64,000 bases of DNA. Origin: Trinickia sp. Its GTDB lineage: Bacteria > Pseudomonadota > Gammaproteobacteria > Burkholderiales > Burkholderiaceae. Position numbers and translations under genes: made by a program. The stretch's first letter is position 1. Each line of letters opens with the position of its first letter. The notes beneath the pieces are model-generated. The model did no database searches and was not told the origin of the DNA. It saw nothing but the letters and a program-made list of their open reading frames with translations. Positions 1-10,136 of this stretch are shown piece after piece. Where the stretch lies: NCBI GenBank assembly GCA_035492395.1, contig DATJJH010000177.1, positions 14,035 to 78,034 of the forward strand, written 5' to 3'.

Positions 1-18
1 TCGCTCCATCACTTGAGA

Positions 19-1251
19 ATGCCACTCATCGCTCGACGCTTTTCCCCGTATCGCAATGCTTTACGCGTCCTTCCGTTTCGCATATTGCTGATGGGCCAGG
101 GATTGTCGATGGCCGGCGATATCGTCTGCCTCGCGGCTCTCCCGCTTGCCGTTATCCATGCAGGGTTGACGGCCGATATTTTCGGGCTTCTCATGGCCGC
201 CGTCGGCATCGGCACGATGCTCGGCGCCGTTGCGGGCGGACTGCTGGCGGACCGACACTCACCGAAACACGTGCTCATTGCGAGCGATCTTCTCAGAGGG
301 GCGGTGCAGGTCGTCGTTGCCTTGTTGCTGGTCTGTGGGGCGCCTTCGTGGTGCCTGGCTTCGGCTTATCTCTTGTTTGGCATAGGCATTGGGGTGTCGC
401 GTCCGTGTACGCAGGTTCTTCTCGTCGATCTGCTGCCCGAGCAAGCTTTGGCGGCGGGGAACGGAGCGATGAATTTTGTCGATAACCTCGTAGCGGTCAT
501 CTTGCCGGCCACGCTCGGTGTTCTGATCATCGCCTGGAATCCGACGTTGGGCGTTCTAATCGACGGCGTCACATTTTTCGCCGCGGCGCTTTTCACGGCC
601 CAATTGCCCAACAATGGGGAATTGCCTCGCAACAGGCGGCTGTCGATGCATGACGCGTTCGATGGCTTGATGGCGATTGTCCGGACGCGAACATTGCGTG
701 TCGGGCTTTTCGCCACGCTCGTCGTCAACGTCTTATGCTTTCCGGTGTTTTTCGTGGTCGCGCCCTATGCGGTGACCGCGCGCTTCGGCGATGCGATGTG
801 GGGCATATGTCTTGCCGCATCTGGGCTGGGCGCATGCGTCGGGTCGGTCGTGGTCGTCCTGGCACAGGCGCATCGGCGCCTCGCTGCGTTGGCGATCGCC
901 TGTGGCTTATTGCTTTGCGCTGGGCTGACTTTGCTGGGGATGGGCGAATTCGGCTGGATGGCCGTGCTGGGTGCGGCTTTCGTCGGTATCGTCGAAGCCT
1001 CGTGGCTGACGGGCTGGGCAACGGCGATGCAGACGCACTCGCCTCACAAGGACCTTGGGAAGGTTGTCGCTGTCGACACGCTCGTCACAAATGGATTGCA
1101 TCCATTCGTCTACGCCGGCGGGAGCGCAATGGCGGCCACGATGGGCTATTCGCCTACCCTGACTGTCGCAGCCGCTGTCAGCGCAGTGGGCACCTTGGCA
1201 GTTGGAATGACTGCTGTGCCACGAGGGGCGCGAAGCATGCCCCTCGAATAA
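19..1251 (+). CDS. MFS transporter (DHA3/MFS_3-like exporter)
   Basis: ~12 hydrophobic segments; motif-A-like GGLLADRHSPK; N-terminal GQGLSMAGD. ATG at 19 (track starts at TTG 13). Codon usage looks less GC3-rich than neighbours. Confidence 0.85.
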   Translation: MPLIARRFSPYRNALRVLPFRILLMGQGLSMAGDIVCLAALPLAVIHAGLTADIFGLLMAAVGIGTMLGAVAGGLLADRHSPKHVLIASDLLRGAVQVVVALLLVCGAPSWCLASAYLLFGIGIGVSRPCTQVLLVDLLPEQALAAGNGAMNFVDNLVAVILPATLGVLIIAWNPTLGVLIDGVTFFAAALFTAQLPNNGELPRNRRLSMHDAFDGLMAIVRTRTLRVGLFATLVVNVLCFPVFFVVAPYAVTARFGDAMWGICLAASGLGACVGSVVVVLAQAHRRLAALAIACGLLLCAGLTLLGMGEFGWMAVLGAAFVGIVEASWLTGWATAMQTHSPHKDLGKVVAVDTLVTNGLHPFVYAGGSAMAATMGYSPTLTVAAAVSAVGTLAVGMTAVPRGARSMPLE

Positions 1252-1296
1252 CGCCGACGCCACCGCCATCGCGGGCCCTGGATCGATCCCCCGCCT

Positions 1297-2253
1297 TCAC
1301 CTAAACATCAACACATTCAACAAAACGATGTTCAGGACGAGCAACAGCGCACCTGTCGGCGCTTGCGCCTTGATGACGGCGTTCTTGTCGGGCAGTTCGA
1401 GCAGCGCGGCCGGCACGATGTTGTAATTCGCGGCCATTGGCGTCATCAACGTACCGCAGTAGCCCGAAAACATGCCGATCGCCACCATCACGGCCGGATC
1501 GCCATGAAACACGTTGATGAGAATCGGCACGCCGATGCCCCCCGTCATGACTGGAAACGCGGCGAAGCCGTTGCCCATCACCATCGTGAACAGCGCCATG
1601 CCGATGCAGTACACGGCCACCGCGACGAATCGATAGTCGAGGTTGACGTAGGTCGTGGCCACATGCGCAACCGCCTTTCCGACGCCCGCGTCGGAAAACA
1701 CGAGCCCCAGCATGCCCAGCATCTGCGGCAGGACGGCGGCCCATGACAGCGCATCGATCAGGCGTCGCGCCTCTTTCGCCGATTGTCCGACCGAATCGCG
1801 CGTGACGAAGCAAGCGAGCGCAAGCGCGATCACGCAGCCGATGCCGAAGCCCACGAGCGTCGCATTCTTCGGATCGACGAGCGGCGTGCCGCCGATCGCA
1901 AGCTTGCCCGCGGCGAGCGTCACGACGACCGTCACGACCGGAATCGCCAGCGCGGGGATGAACAGCAGGTTGCCGAGCCGCTTGGCGCTTGCGCGGCGCG
2001 TGTCCTCGCTCGGCATATTCGGCTTGGCGCCCAGTACGCCCCCGAAGCCCGCGATCACTGCCATCGCAATGACGAGTACGCCGACCAGTTCAGCGGGCAG
2101 CTTATCGCCGACCAGAAAAATGACCGCGTACAAGATCCAGAAACCGCCGGCCGCGAAACGGCGCGGATGGGCTTTGTCGGCCACGATCATCGCGCCGACG
2201 ACGAGCAGCAGCGCGCCGGCCAGCCAAAACAAATGCGTCAGCAATAGCGTCAT
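1297..2253 (-). CDS. DUF979 family membrane protein (5-oxoproline uptake-associated)
   Basis: Hydrophobic 318 aa with MGNGFAAFPVMT and GTLMTPMAANYNIVPA motifs; follows DUF969 in the pxp operon. Confidence 0.85.
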   Translation of the reverse strand: MTLLLTHLFWLAGALLLVVGAMIVADKAHPRRFAAGGFWILYAVIFLVGDKLPAELVGVLVIAMAVIAGFGGVLGAKPNMPSEDTRRASAKRLGNLLFIPALAIPVVTVVVTLAAGKLAIGGTPLVDPKNATLVGFGIGCVIALALACFVTRDSVGQSAKEARRLIDALSWAAVLPQMLGMLGLVFSDAGVGKAVAHVATTYVNLDYRFVAVAVYCIGMALFTMVMGNGFAAFPVMTGGIGVPILINVFHGDPAVMVAIGMFSGYCGTLMTPMAANYNIVPAALLELPDKNAVIKAQAPTGALLLVLNIVLLNVLMFR

Positions 2254-2255
2254 GC

Positions 2256-3026
2256 TTATTCTCCCGCGAGGTTGGCCGAAGGCTGCGCCTGCGCGCCGAT
2301 GCCCGGCGCGGCTTCGCGATCGCCCGGCGCCGAGGCCTGCGCACCGCCTCCGAGCTCCTTCGCCAAACGACGATCGAGCAAGTAGAGCCGCACGCTGTGA
2401 ATGACGAAGGCTCCCAGCGCGGTCGGCATGCCCCAGACGGCCACGTGCATCGGGGCAACCACGATGCCGGCCTCTTTCAGGAACGTGACCATCAGGACGA
2501 TGGCGCCGAACGCGACGAAAATGTCTTCGCCGAAGAACAAGCCGACGTTGTCGGTCGCTGCGGAAAACGCACGAAGCTTGTAGCGCACCGCGTCGGAAAT
2601 CTTGCCGTAGCGGGTTTCGGTCGCCCCTTCGGCCATCGGCGCGAGCAGCGGCCGCACCATTTGCGGGTGCCCGCCGAGCCCGGTCAAGCCGACGGCGGCG
2701 GTCAGCTCGCGCACGAGCAGATAGACGATCAAAAGGCGCCCGGCCGTCGCGGCCTTGATGCCCGCGATCCAGATCTGCGCGCGCTCTCGCAGGCCGTGCC
2801 GTTCGAGCAGCCCGATGACGGCGAGCGGCAGCAGGATGATGAGCGGAATGTTGCGCGTTTTCAAAAAGCCGGTGCCGATCGCCGCCAGGATTTTATCGAG
2901 CGGGAAGTGCGCGCAAAGCGGCGTGACGATCGCCGCGACCGCGACGATCAACATGGGATTAAAGCGTAAGAGGAAGCCGACGATGATGACGGCTACGCCC
3001 AGTAACGGCCATAAGTTGGTCTGCAT
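2256..3026 (-). CDS. DUF969 family membrane protein
   Basis: LPLAVIGLLERHGLRE, GGHPQMVRPLLAPM and DNVGLFFGED motifs; ATG at 3026 with AGGAG RBS. Confidence 0.85.
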   Translation of the reverse strand: MQTNLWPLLGVAVIIVGFLLRFNPMLIVAVAAIVTPLCAHFPLDKILAAIGTGFLKTRNIPLIILLPLAVIGLLERHGLRERAQIWIAGIKAATAGRLLIVYLLVRELTAAVGLTGLGGHPQMVRPLLAPMAEGATETRYGKISDAVRYKLRAFSAATDNVGLFFGEDIFVAFGAIVLMVTFLKEAGIVVAPMHVAVWGMPTALGAFVIHSVRLYLLDRRLAKELGGGAQASAPGDREAAPGIGAQAQPSANLAGE

Positions 3027-3124
3027 AGGTTTGTCTCCTGGTTGATCTTGACGCTTGCGTATGGCGCTCGCGCCGGTTCGATGCAACATTCAATGCGCTT
3101 CGTGGCGCTTATCGTTTTGGTGAA

Positions 3125-3156
3125 TCGATACGTCGATACGTCAATACGTCGATACC
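3125..3156. repeat. 8-bp tandem repeat (TCGATACG x4, two single-base variants)
   Basis: tcgatacg tcgatacg tcaatacg tcgatacc immediately past the pxpA stop. Confidence 0.8.
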
Positions 3157-3909
3157 TCAGTGAGCCAATGCCGAGGCGGCGCTCACGCCGATCCCGTTCT
3201 CGTCGAGCGTGCGGCGCAGCTTTTGCGCGAACGCCAACGCGTGCGGGCCGTCGCCGTGCAGGCACAGCGTGCGCACGTCGAGCGGCACCCAATCGCCCGT
3301 CACGGCGCGCACGCGCTTATCGCGCACCATCGAAAGTACGTGATCGAGCATCTCCTGTTCGTCGTCGATGAGCGCGCCGGGCTCGCTGCGCGGCACGAGC
3401 GAGCCGTCGTCGCGATAGCCGCGATCGGCGAATCCTTCCTCGATCGCCATGAGCCCAGCGTCCCGCGCGATCGAAATGAAACTGCTGTTCGCGAGGCCGA
3501 AGACCGCAAGCGACGGGTCGAAGTCATGCACGGCCGAGAGGATGGCGTGCGCAATCGCCGGATCGCGGGCGGCCTGGTTGTAGAGCGCCCCATGCGGCTT
3601 GAGATGCGCGACCCGTACGCCCTCGGCCTGGGCGATCGCCGAGAGCGCGCCGAGCTGATACAGAATGCCGGCGTAGATATCGTCGGGCGGCAGATGCATT
3701 TCCTTGCGCCCGAAATTGGCCGGATCGTGAAAGCTCGGGTGTGCGCCGATCGCCACGCCATGCCGTACGGCGAGGCGCACGCAATCGCGCATCGCATTCG
3801 CGCCGCCCGCGTGCCAACCGCACGCGATGTTCGCCGAACTGACGAGACCGAGCAGCGCTTCGTCGGCGTCGCCGCCTTCGCCCAGATCGGCGTTCAAATC
3901 GATGTTCAT
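3157..3909 (-). CDS. pxpA: 5-oxoprolinase subunit A (LamB/YcsF family)
   Basis: [35 protein letters not shown] and CLHGD motifs. Confidence 0.95.
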   Translation of the reverse strand: MNIDLNADLGEGGDADEALLGLVSSANIACGWHAGGANAMRDCVRLAVRHGVAIGAHPSFHDPANFGRKEMHLPPDDIYAGILYQLGALSAIAQAEGVRVAHLKPHGALYNQAARDPAIAHAILSAVHDFDPSLAVFGLANSSFISIARDAGLMAIEEGFADRGYRDDGSLVPRSEPGALIDDEQEMLDHVLSMVRDKRVRAVTGDWVPLDVRTLCLHGDGPHALAFAQKLRRTLDENGIGVSAASALAH

Positions 3910-3929
3910 GACTACCTCGTTCCCAATCT

Positions 3930-4979
3930 TCAAGCGGCGCGTGCGGCGCGCTGCATCCGCTCTTCATGCATGGCGATCGCGGCATCGATTTGCCGCAGAT
4001 ACGCGTGTTTCTCCGCGAGCGCACGGCCCGCTTCTTCGCGCGTCGAACGCACGAAGCGCACGGCGCCGCCTAGCCGCACTTGCGCGAGCTTCCACAGATC
4101 GGCCGCGATGACGACGCCGATGCGCGGATAGCCGCCTGTAGTTTGCGCATCGGCCATCAGCACGATGGGCTGGCCGTTGCCCGGAACCTGAATCGTGCCC
4201 GGCAGCACGGCGTGCGAGAGCAGTTCCGTTTCATGCTCGCGAGAGAGGGCCGTGCCGGCGAGCCGGTAACCCATGCGATTACTGTTCGGGGTGACACACC
4301 ATTCATCGGACCAGAACGCCTCGCGCGCTTTTTCGTCGAACGCGTCGTATTCGGGCCCTCGCAGCACGCGAATCGACATGGCGCGTTCGGCGCCCGCCGC
4401 ATGCCTGCCGCGGCGCGCCGGCTCGTGAGCGATCTGCGCGAAGCGGCACAGCTGCGGCGCCTTGACGCCGAACGCGGGCGCGCCGACGGCCAGCGCGCGG
4501 CCTTGACCTGTCGGGGCGGCGCCTGTGGGCAAGCGGTCGCCGTCTCGCAACTGGCGGCCGCCGAGCCCGCCGAAGCACGCGCCGATATCGGTGCTGCGCG
4601 AGCCGAGCACCGGGAGGACGTCCACACCGCCGCCGACGCATACATAGCCGCGCATCCCGCGTATCGGACCCTGCAAAACCAATTCTTGCCCAGCGCGCAC
4701 GGGCAGGCTCCACCAAGGGTCCACTCGCGCGCCGTCCAGCGTTGCGTTGAATTGCGCGCCGGTGATCGCGATGCGCAGCGGCTGTGTGAAACGCAGTATC
4801 ACGGGCCCGACGGTCACCTCGATCGCCGCCGCATGCGGCGCGTTCCCCACGAGCCGGTTGCCGACTTCAAGCGCGAGCGCATCGAGGGCGCCGGCTTGCG
4901 CGACGCCGAGATGCCGATAGCCCGTGCGGCCAAGATCCTGAACCGACGACAGCAGGCCGGCGCGCAGCACATCGATCAT
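3930..4979 (-). CDS. pxpC: 5-oxoprolinase subunit C (carboxyltransferase-like)
   Basis: [18 protein letters not shown] and [12 protein letters not shown] motifs; ATG overlaps the pxpB stop. Confidence 0.93.
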   Translation of the reverse strand: MIDVLRAGLLSSVQDLGRTGYRHLGVAQAGALDALALEVGNRLVGNAPHAAAIEVTVGPVILRFTQPLRIAITGAQFNATLDGARVDPWWSLPVRAGQELVLQGPIRGMRGYVCVGGGVDVLPVLGSRSTDIGACFGGLGGRQLRDGDRLPTGAAPTGQGRALAVGAPAFGVKAPQLCRFAQIAHEPARRGRHAAGAERAMSIRVLRGPEYDAFDEKAREAFWSDEWCVTPNSNRMGYRLAGTALSREHETELLSHAVLPGTIQVPGNGQPIVLMADAQTTGGYPRIGVVIAADLWKLAQVRLGGAVRFVRSTREEAGRALAEKHAYLRQIDAAIAMHEERMQRAARAA

Positions 4980-5629
4980 CGGTCGACCTCCGACACGGTA
5001 AACCGGACGCGATCGCCCGGCTGCAGCAGCGCGGGCGGATCGCGGGCCGGGTCGAACAGCGTCGCGTCGGTGCGGCCGATCAACTGCCAGCCGCCTGGCG
5101 AGACCGCCGGATAGACGCCCGTTTGCGCCCCGCCGATGCCGACCGACCCGGCCGGCACTTCGAGCCTGGGCGCAGCGCGGCGAGGCATGTGCAGCGACGC
5201 ATCGAGCCCGCCCAGATAGGCGAAGCCCGGCTGGAAGCCGACGAAGAAAACGGTGTACTCCGCGCTCGCGTGCCGCTTGACGACTTCGTCGACGGACAGG
5301 CCCGCGTATTCGGCCACGGTTCGCAAGTCGGGCCCGTCTTCGCCGCCGTATCGAACGGGGATGTCGATTTCGCGCGTGGACGGCATTGTTCCCACGGCCT
5401 CGTCCCACGCGCGCGCCATGTCGCGCGCGAGCGCTTCCATGTCGGCGCGCAGCGGATCGAAGACGATCGTCAGATTGTTCATCCCCGGCACGACCTCGAC
5501 CACGTTCGCCCACTCGTGCGCCGCGCGCGCCAGCGCCCAAATGCGCGCTTGGCAGGCGAGCGTCGCGGGCGGGGGCGCCTCGCAGACGAGTGCGCTGTCG
5601 CCGAACGGGTAGATTCGAGGTTCTGTCAT
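4976..5629 (-). CDS. pxpB: 5-oxoprolinase subunit B (KipI-like)
   Basis: GFQPGFAYLGG, VPAGSVGIGG and SPGGWQLIGRT motifs. Confidence 0.93.
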   Translation of the reverse strand: MTEPRIYPFGDSALVCEAPPPATLACQARIWALARAAHEWANVVEVVPGMNNLTIVFDPLRADMEALARDMARAWDEAVGTMPSTREIDIPVRYGGEDGPDLRTVAEYAGLSVDEVVKRHASAEYTVFFVGFQPGFAYLGGLDASLHMPRRAAPRLEVPAGSVGIGGAQTGVYPAVSPGGWQLIGRTDATLFDPARDPPALLQPGDRVRFTVSEVDR

Positions 5630-5811
5630 CTGAGCGCCTTCGCTGGCCGGCTCTTCGCTGCCGAGGCGCGCGCGGCCGATATGCACGTGTACAGCATGCA
5701 TTGTTGATAAATTATCGACATTTTACCAATAAGCGTTTTTGCTAGTGCTGGCCGCATAGCCGGCGGCGTACACTTCGCGAACTCGTTCCCCATCGCCAGT
5801 TGCAAGCCGCC

Positions 5812-6324
5812 ATGCCGCGTCACCCGACCCAGATCGTGTCTTCGGAACATCTCGTCTCCGAGACGAGCGTCGAGCTATCGGAGTTCGAATATGGACTGAT
5901 CATGGCGAGCAACGCGTTCAACCGGTGGATGGTGCGTTGCATGTCGGCGGCGGGGGCCAAGGACATGACGGCCATCGAAGTCTCGCTGCTGCACCACGTC
6001 AGCCACCGCGAACGCAAGAAGAAACTGGCCGATATCTGCTTCGTGCTCAATATCGAAGATACGCACGTCGCCACGTATGCCTTGAAGAAGCTTGTGAGTA
6101 GAGGGTATGTAAAAAGCGAAAAGACCGGCAAGGAAGTCTTCTTTTCTGCCACGCCGGCCGGCCGAGAGCTCTGCCAAAAGTACCGCGAGGTACGCGAAAG
6201 CTGTCTGATCGCGGCGCTCAAGGAGAGCGGGCTCGCGAACGAGCAAATCGGCGAAGCCGCGCAACTTATGCGAAATGCATCGGGCCTCTACGATACGGCC
6301 GCGCGCGCGGCGGCCTCTCTCTGA
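5812..6324 (+). CDS. MarR-type winged-helix transcriptional regulator, divergent from pxp operon
   Basis: LSEFEYGLIM...LADICFVLNIEDTHVATYALKKLVSRGYV wHTH. Confidence 0.85.
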   Translation: MPRHPTQIVSSEHLVSETSVELSEFEYGLIMASNAFNRWMVRCMSAAGAKDMTAIEVSLLHHVSHRERKKKLADICFVLNIEDTHVATYALKKLVSRGYVKSEKTGKEVFFSATPAGRELCQKYREVRESCLIAALKESGLANEQIGEAAQLMRNASGLYDTAARAAASL

Positions 6325-6329
6325 GCGTG

Positions 6330-6938
6330 TTACGAGCGCTCGGCTGCGCGTGAATTGACGAACAATCCGGCGTCGGTGACGATCGCATCGAGCGGCACGT
6401 CGTGCACCTCGCGAGGCAGCGCGGCGCGGCAAGCTTCGTAGGCGATGCCCAGCGTGACCGGCCGTGCGGCGCCGGGCCATGCCGCGAGCGTCCGGTCGTA
6501 ATAGCCGCCGCCGTAGCCTAGCCGGTAGCCATCTTCGTCGAACCCCACGCAGGGCACCAAAAGCAGATCGGGCAGGACCGGTTGCGTTGCGTCGGGCTCG
6601 GGGATGCGATGGTGGCCGATGCGCATCGGCGCGTCAGGCGTCCATGCGTGAAACCGCAACGCGTGACCCTTCATTGCGACGACGGGCAGCGCGGCTTGAC
6701 GTCGCATGTCTTGCGCGAGCCATTCGCCGACGATCGCGCGTGCATCGAATTCGCCCGCGAGCGGCCAATAGAACCCGACCGTGTGCGGCGCGAAACGCGT
6801 CAGCGCATCGCCTAAATGCGCGGCGAGCGATTCGCCGGCCGCCGCCGTTGCGGCCGCTTCGCGGCGCGTGAGAAGCAAGCGTTTTCGTAGCTCGGCCTTC
6901 GATTCTTCCAAGGGGTTGCGTGCTATGCTTTCGCTCAC
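6330..6938 (-). CDS. 5-formyltetrahydrofolate cyclo-ligase
   Basis: KAELRK N-terminus; VPCVGFD and RLGYGGGYYDRTL signature; start uncertain (GTG 6938 or 6950). Confidence 0.92.
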   Translation of the reverse strand: MSESIARNPLEESKAELRKRLLLTRREAAATAAAGESLAAHLGDALTRFAPHTVGFYWPLAGEFDARAIVGEWLAQDMRRQAALPVVAMKGHALRFHAWTPDAPMRIGHHRIPEPDATQPVLPDLLLVPCVGFDEDGYRLGYGGGYYDRTLAAWPGAARPVTLGIAYEACRAALPREVHDVPLDAIVTDAGLFVNSRAAERS

Positions 6939-6958
6939 TTTTCGCTCCACGAACCACG

Positions 6959-8944
6959 ATGTCGAAACGCTTTGCCCGAGTATATCGCGCGGCCGCATCG
7001 GCCCTGGCCGCCGTTGCGCTCGTCGCGTGCGGCACGGCCAGTGCCGGACGTTCCTCGCGCCCCGCCGCCGCCCCGACCGACGATCAGATTTTCGTGCGCC
7101 TGCGCGAGGCTGCCCGCAACAATGACGCGGCGCGCGCGGCGCAGCTCGCGGCGATGATCCCGAACTACCCTGCGCCCTCGTATCTCGAGTACTTCCAATT
7201 GAAGCCGCAGTTGTTCGACGGCAGCGGCCACGCGCGCTTGGATGCGCCCGACGAGCCGGTGCTCTCGTTTTTGCAGCGGCACGACGGCGAAGCGATCGCC
7301 GATCGCCTGCGCAACGACTACTTGGTCGTCCTCGGGGCGCGCCACGATTGGCGCAAATTCGATGCGCAGTATCAGCGGTTCGTGCTCGACGACGATACCC
7401 AGGTGAAGTGCTACGCGCTCGAATCGCGTGCCGCGCGCGGCGAGAACGTCGCCGAGGCGGCGCGCGCCCTGCTCGTCGAACCGAAATATTACGGCGACGG
7501 CTGCGTCGATCTGATCACTGCGCTGGCCGCGAGTCATCAATTCACCGAGGACGACGTGTGGCAGCAGATTCGCCTGTCCTACGAACAAAACGATACGAGC
7601 GTTGGCGTCAAATTGTTCGACGCGCTCGGCTCGGCGCGCCCCGATCCGAAGCTAGCCGACGAAGCGACGAGTGCGCCGCCGCTCGTGCTGGCGCGCGGCG
7701 TTGGGCCCGATTCGGCGTCGCACGCGCTGGCGCTGCTGGCGATCACCGCGATGGCGCGCAACGACCCCGTCACGGCGGCCGCCACGTTTGCAACGGTCGC
7801 ACCGTCGCTGTCGCTGGCGGAGCGGGCGATCGGTTGGGGCACGATCGGGTACCAGGGCGCTGCTCGCCGCGTGCCGGGCGCGGTGGACTGGTATCGGCTC
7901 TCCGCGAATGCGCCCCTGTCGAACCCTGCCTACATGTGGCGCACGCGCAGCGCGTTGCTTGCCGGCGATTGGACGATGGTGCGCTGGTCGATCGAGCAAA
8001 TGCCGAGCGCGCTGCGCAATCAGCCCGCGTGGGTGTACTGGCACGCGCGCGCGCTCAAGCAGATCGGCGGCGCCGACGACAAGGCGCAAGCGAATCAGGC
8101 GTTCGCGAGCATCGCCTCGGGCTTCAACTTCTACGGGCAGCTCGCCAGCGAGGAACTGGGCCGCAAGATCAGCGTGCCGCCCAAAACCACCGTCACCGAC
8201 GCTGAAATCGACGCCGCGAGCCGCACGCCGGGCTTCGAGCTCGCGCGGCGCTTCTACGCGCTCAACTTGCGGCTCGAGGGTAATCGCGAGTGGAATTGGC
8301 CGCTGCGCGGCATGACCGACCGCCAGCTGCTGGCGGTGGCCGAGTACGCGCGCCGCATCGAGCTTTACGACCGGACGGTCAATACGGCCGACCGCACTCA
8401 AGCGGAGCACGATTTCTCCCTGCGCTATCTCTCGCCGTTCCGCGATATCGTCGAGCGCGACGCGAAATCGACGGGGCTCGACGTCGAATGGGCGTACGGT
8501 CTGATTCGGCAGGAATCGCGCTTCATCATCAACGCCCGTTCGGAGGTCGGCGCGGGCGGTCTGATGCAGCTGATGCCCGGAACGGCGCAGATGGTGGCGC
8601 GCAAGATCGGTCTCGGCCCGCTCTCGCGTTCACAGATGAACGACATCGATACGAACATTCTGCTCGGCACGAGCTATCTATCGATGATCTACAATCAGTT
8701 CGACGGTTCGGCCGTGCTTGCCACGGCGGGCTACAACGCGGGGCCCGGCCGGCCGCGCCAGTGGCAGGCGACGTTGCAGCGCCCGGTGGAAGGCGCGATC
8801 TTTGCGGAGACGATTCCGTTCAACGAAACGCGCGACTACGTCAAGAACGTGCTGTCCAATACGGTCTACTACGCGGCGCTGTTCGAAGGCCGTCCGCAAT
8901 CTCTGAAGGAACGGCTCGGCGTCATCCTGCCTCAAACCCCTTAA
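6959..8944 (+). CDS. slt: Soluble lytic murein transglycosylase (Slt70-like, possible lipoprotein)
   Basis: IRQES catalytic Glu, GLMQLMP, AGYNAGPG and ETRDYVKNV motifs; signal peptide ending in LVAC. Confidence 0.92.
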   Translation: MSKRFARVYRAAASALAAVALVACGTASAGRSSRPAAAPTDDQIFVRLREAARNNDAARAAQLAAMIPNYPAPSYLEYFQLKPQLFDGSGHARLDAPDEPVLSFLQRHDGEAIADRLRNDYLVVLGARHDWRKFDAQYQRFVLDDDTQVKCYALESRAARGENVAEAARALLVEPKYYGDGCVDLITALAASHQFTEDDVWQQIRLSYEQNDTSVGVKLFDALGSARPDPKLADEATSAPPLVLARGVGPDSASHALALLAITAMARNDPVTAAATFATVAPSLSLAERAIGWGTIGYQGAARRVPGAVDWYRLSANAPLSNPAYMWRTRSALLAGDWTMVRWSIEQMPSALRNQPAWVYWHARALKQIGGADDKAQANQAFASIASGFNFYGQLASEELGRKISVPPKTTVTDAEIDAASRTPGFELARRFYALNLRLEGNREWNWPLRGMTDRQLLAVAEYARRIELYDRTVNTADRTQAEHDFSLRYLSPFRDIVERDAKSTGLDVEWAYGLIRQESRFIINARSEVGAGGLMQLMPGTAQMVARKIGLGPLSRSQMNDIDTNILLGTSYLSMIYNQFDGSAVLATAGYNAGPGRPRQWQATLQRPVEGAIFAETIPFNETRDYVKNVLSNTVYYAALFEGRPQSLKERLGVILPQTP

Positions 8945-9086
8945 GGGCAGGTGAATCGAAGCGAGCCGCCGTGGACGCGCGGCTCGCGAGCGGCGCGCGT
9001 CGCGTTTCACCCACCGAGCCCGGCTCGTGCCGTCGGCACGTATGGCCGGCGACGCCGCGGCGGCAGCCGCTCCCAGGGAGGCGAAC

Positions 9087-10043
9087 ATGCGACATCAATC
9101 GATTGCGCTGATCGGCGGTTCCGGCTTCATCGGCAGTCATCTCGCGAACGCGCTCGTCGCCGCGGGCAAGACCGTGCGTGTCGCCACTCGCCGGCGCAGC
9201 CATGCCGGCCACCTCACGATGTTGCCGCTCGACGTGATCGAGCTCGATCTGTTCGATCCCGTCGAACTGGCCCGCTTCGTCGAGGGCGCCGACGCGGTCG
9301 TGAATCTCGTCGGCACGTTGCACGGCCGGCGCGGCAAACCCTACGGGCCGGAATTGGCCAAGCTTCACGTCGAATTGCCCGCGAAGATCGCCGCGGCCTG
9401 CGAGGGCAAGGGGGTTCATCGGCTCGTTCACCTCAGCGCGATCAACGCCGATTCGAACGGGCCGAGCATGTATCTGCGGTCCAAGGGCGATGGGGAGAAA
9501 GCCGTGCTCGCGGCGGCGCAGCTCGCGTCGACGATCTTTCGGCCGTCGGTCGTGTTCGGTCCCGAGGACCGCTTCCTCAATACGTTCGCTGCGCTCCAGC
9601 GGTTGTTTCCCGTGCTGCCGCTCGCGAAACCCGATGCGAAATTTCAGCCGGTCTATGTCGGCGACGTCGTCAAAGCGATCGTCGGCACGCTCGATCTCGA
9701 CGCCGCGCATGGCCGCACGTACGAGCTAGGCGGCCCGACCGTCTATACGCTCGAGGCGCTCGTGCGTTATTGCGGCGAGCTCATCGGACGCCAGGCGCGC
9801 ATCGTGCGGCTGCCCGACGCACTCGCTTACATGCAGGCGCTGTCCTTCGAGACACTGCCGGGCAAGCCGCTTATCACGCGCGACAACCTCGATTCGATGT
9901 CACGCGACGCGGTGCTGGGCGGACCGCTCGCGGCCGAACTGAATCTCGAGCCCGTCGCCATTGAAGCCATCGCACCGGCATACCTGAACGAAGGGTCGCT
10001 GCGCTCGCGCTTCAGCGCTTTGCGCACGACGGCGCGGCGCTGA
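9087..10043 (+). CDS. Complex I NDUFA9-like NAD-dependent epimerase/dehydratase family
   Basis: GGSGFIG Rossmann motif, YLRSKGDGE, RPSVVFGPED, FQPVYVGDV; GGAGG RBS. Confidence 0.88.
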   Translation: MRHQSIALIGGSGFIGSHLANALVAAGKTVRVATRRRSHAGHLTMLPLDVIELDLFDPVELARFVEGADAVVNLVGTLHGRRGKPYGPELAKLHVELPAKIAAACEGKGVHRLVHLSAINADSNGPSMYLRSKGDGEKAVLAAAQLASTIFRPSVVFGPEDRFLNTFAALQRLFPVLPLAKPDAKFQPVYVGDVVKAIVGTLDLDAAHGRTYELGGPTVYTLEALVRYCGELIGRQARIVRLPDALAYMQALSFETLPGKPLITRDNLDSMSRDAVLGGPLAAELNLEPVAIEAIAPAYLNEGSLRSRFSALRTTARR

Positions 10044-10136
10044 CGGGCGGTGACGGCGCACCATGCGCGTCAAGCGGCATGCGGGTGTGCAGTCGTGGCA
10101 CTATCTACCCCCCTACAACGTCTTTCGCGGTGACGC

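Noticed and set aside
6900-7000. 6S RNA upstream of the 5-formyl-THF cyclo-ligase
   Set aside because: There is no room; slt starts immediately on the opposite strand.
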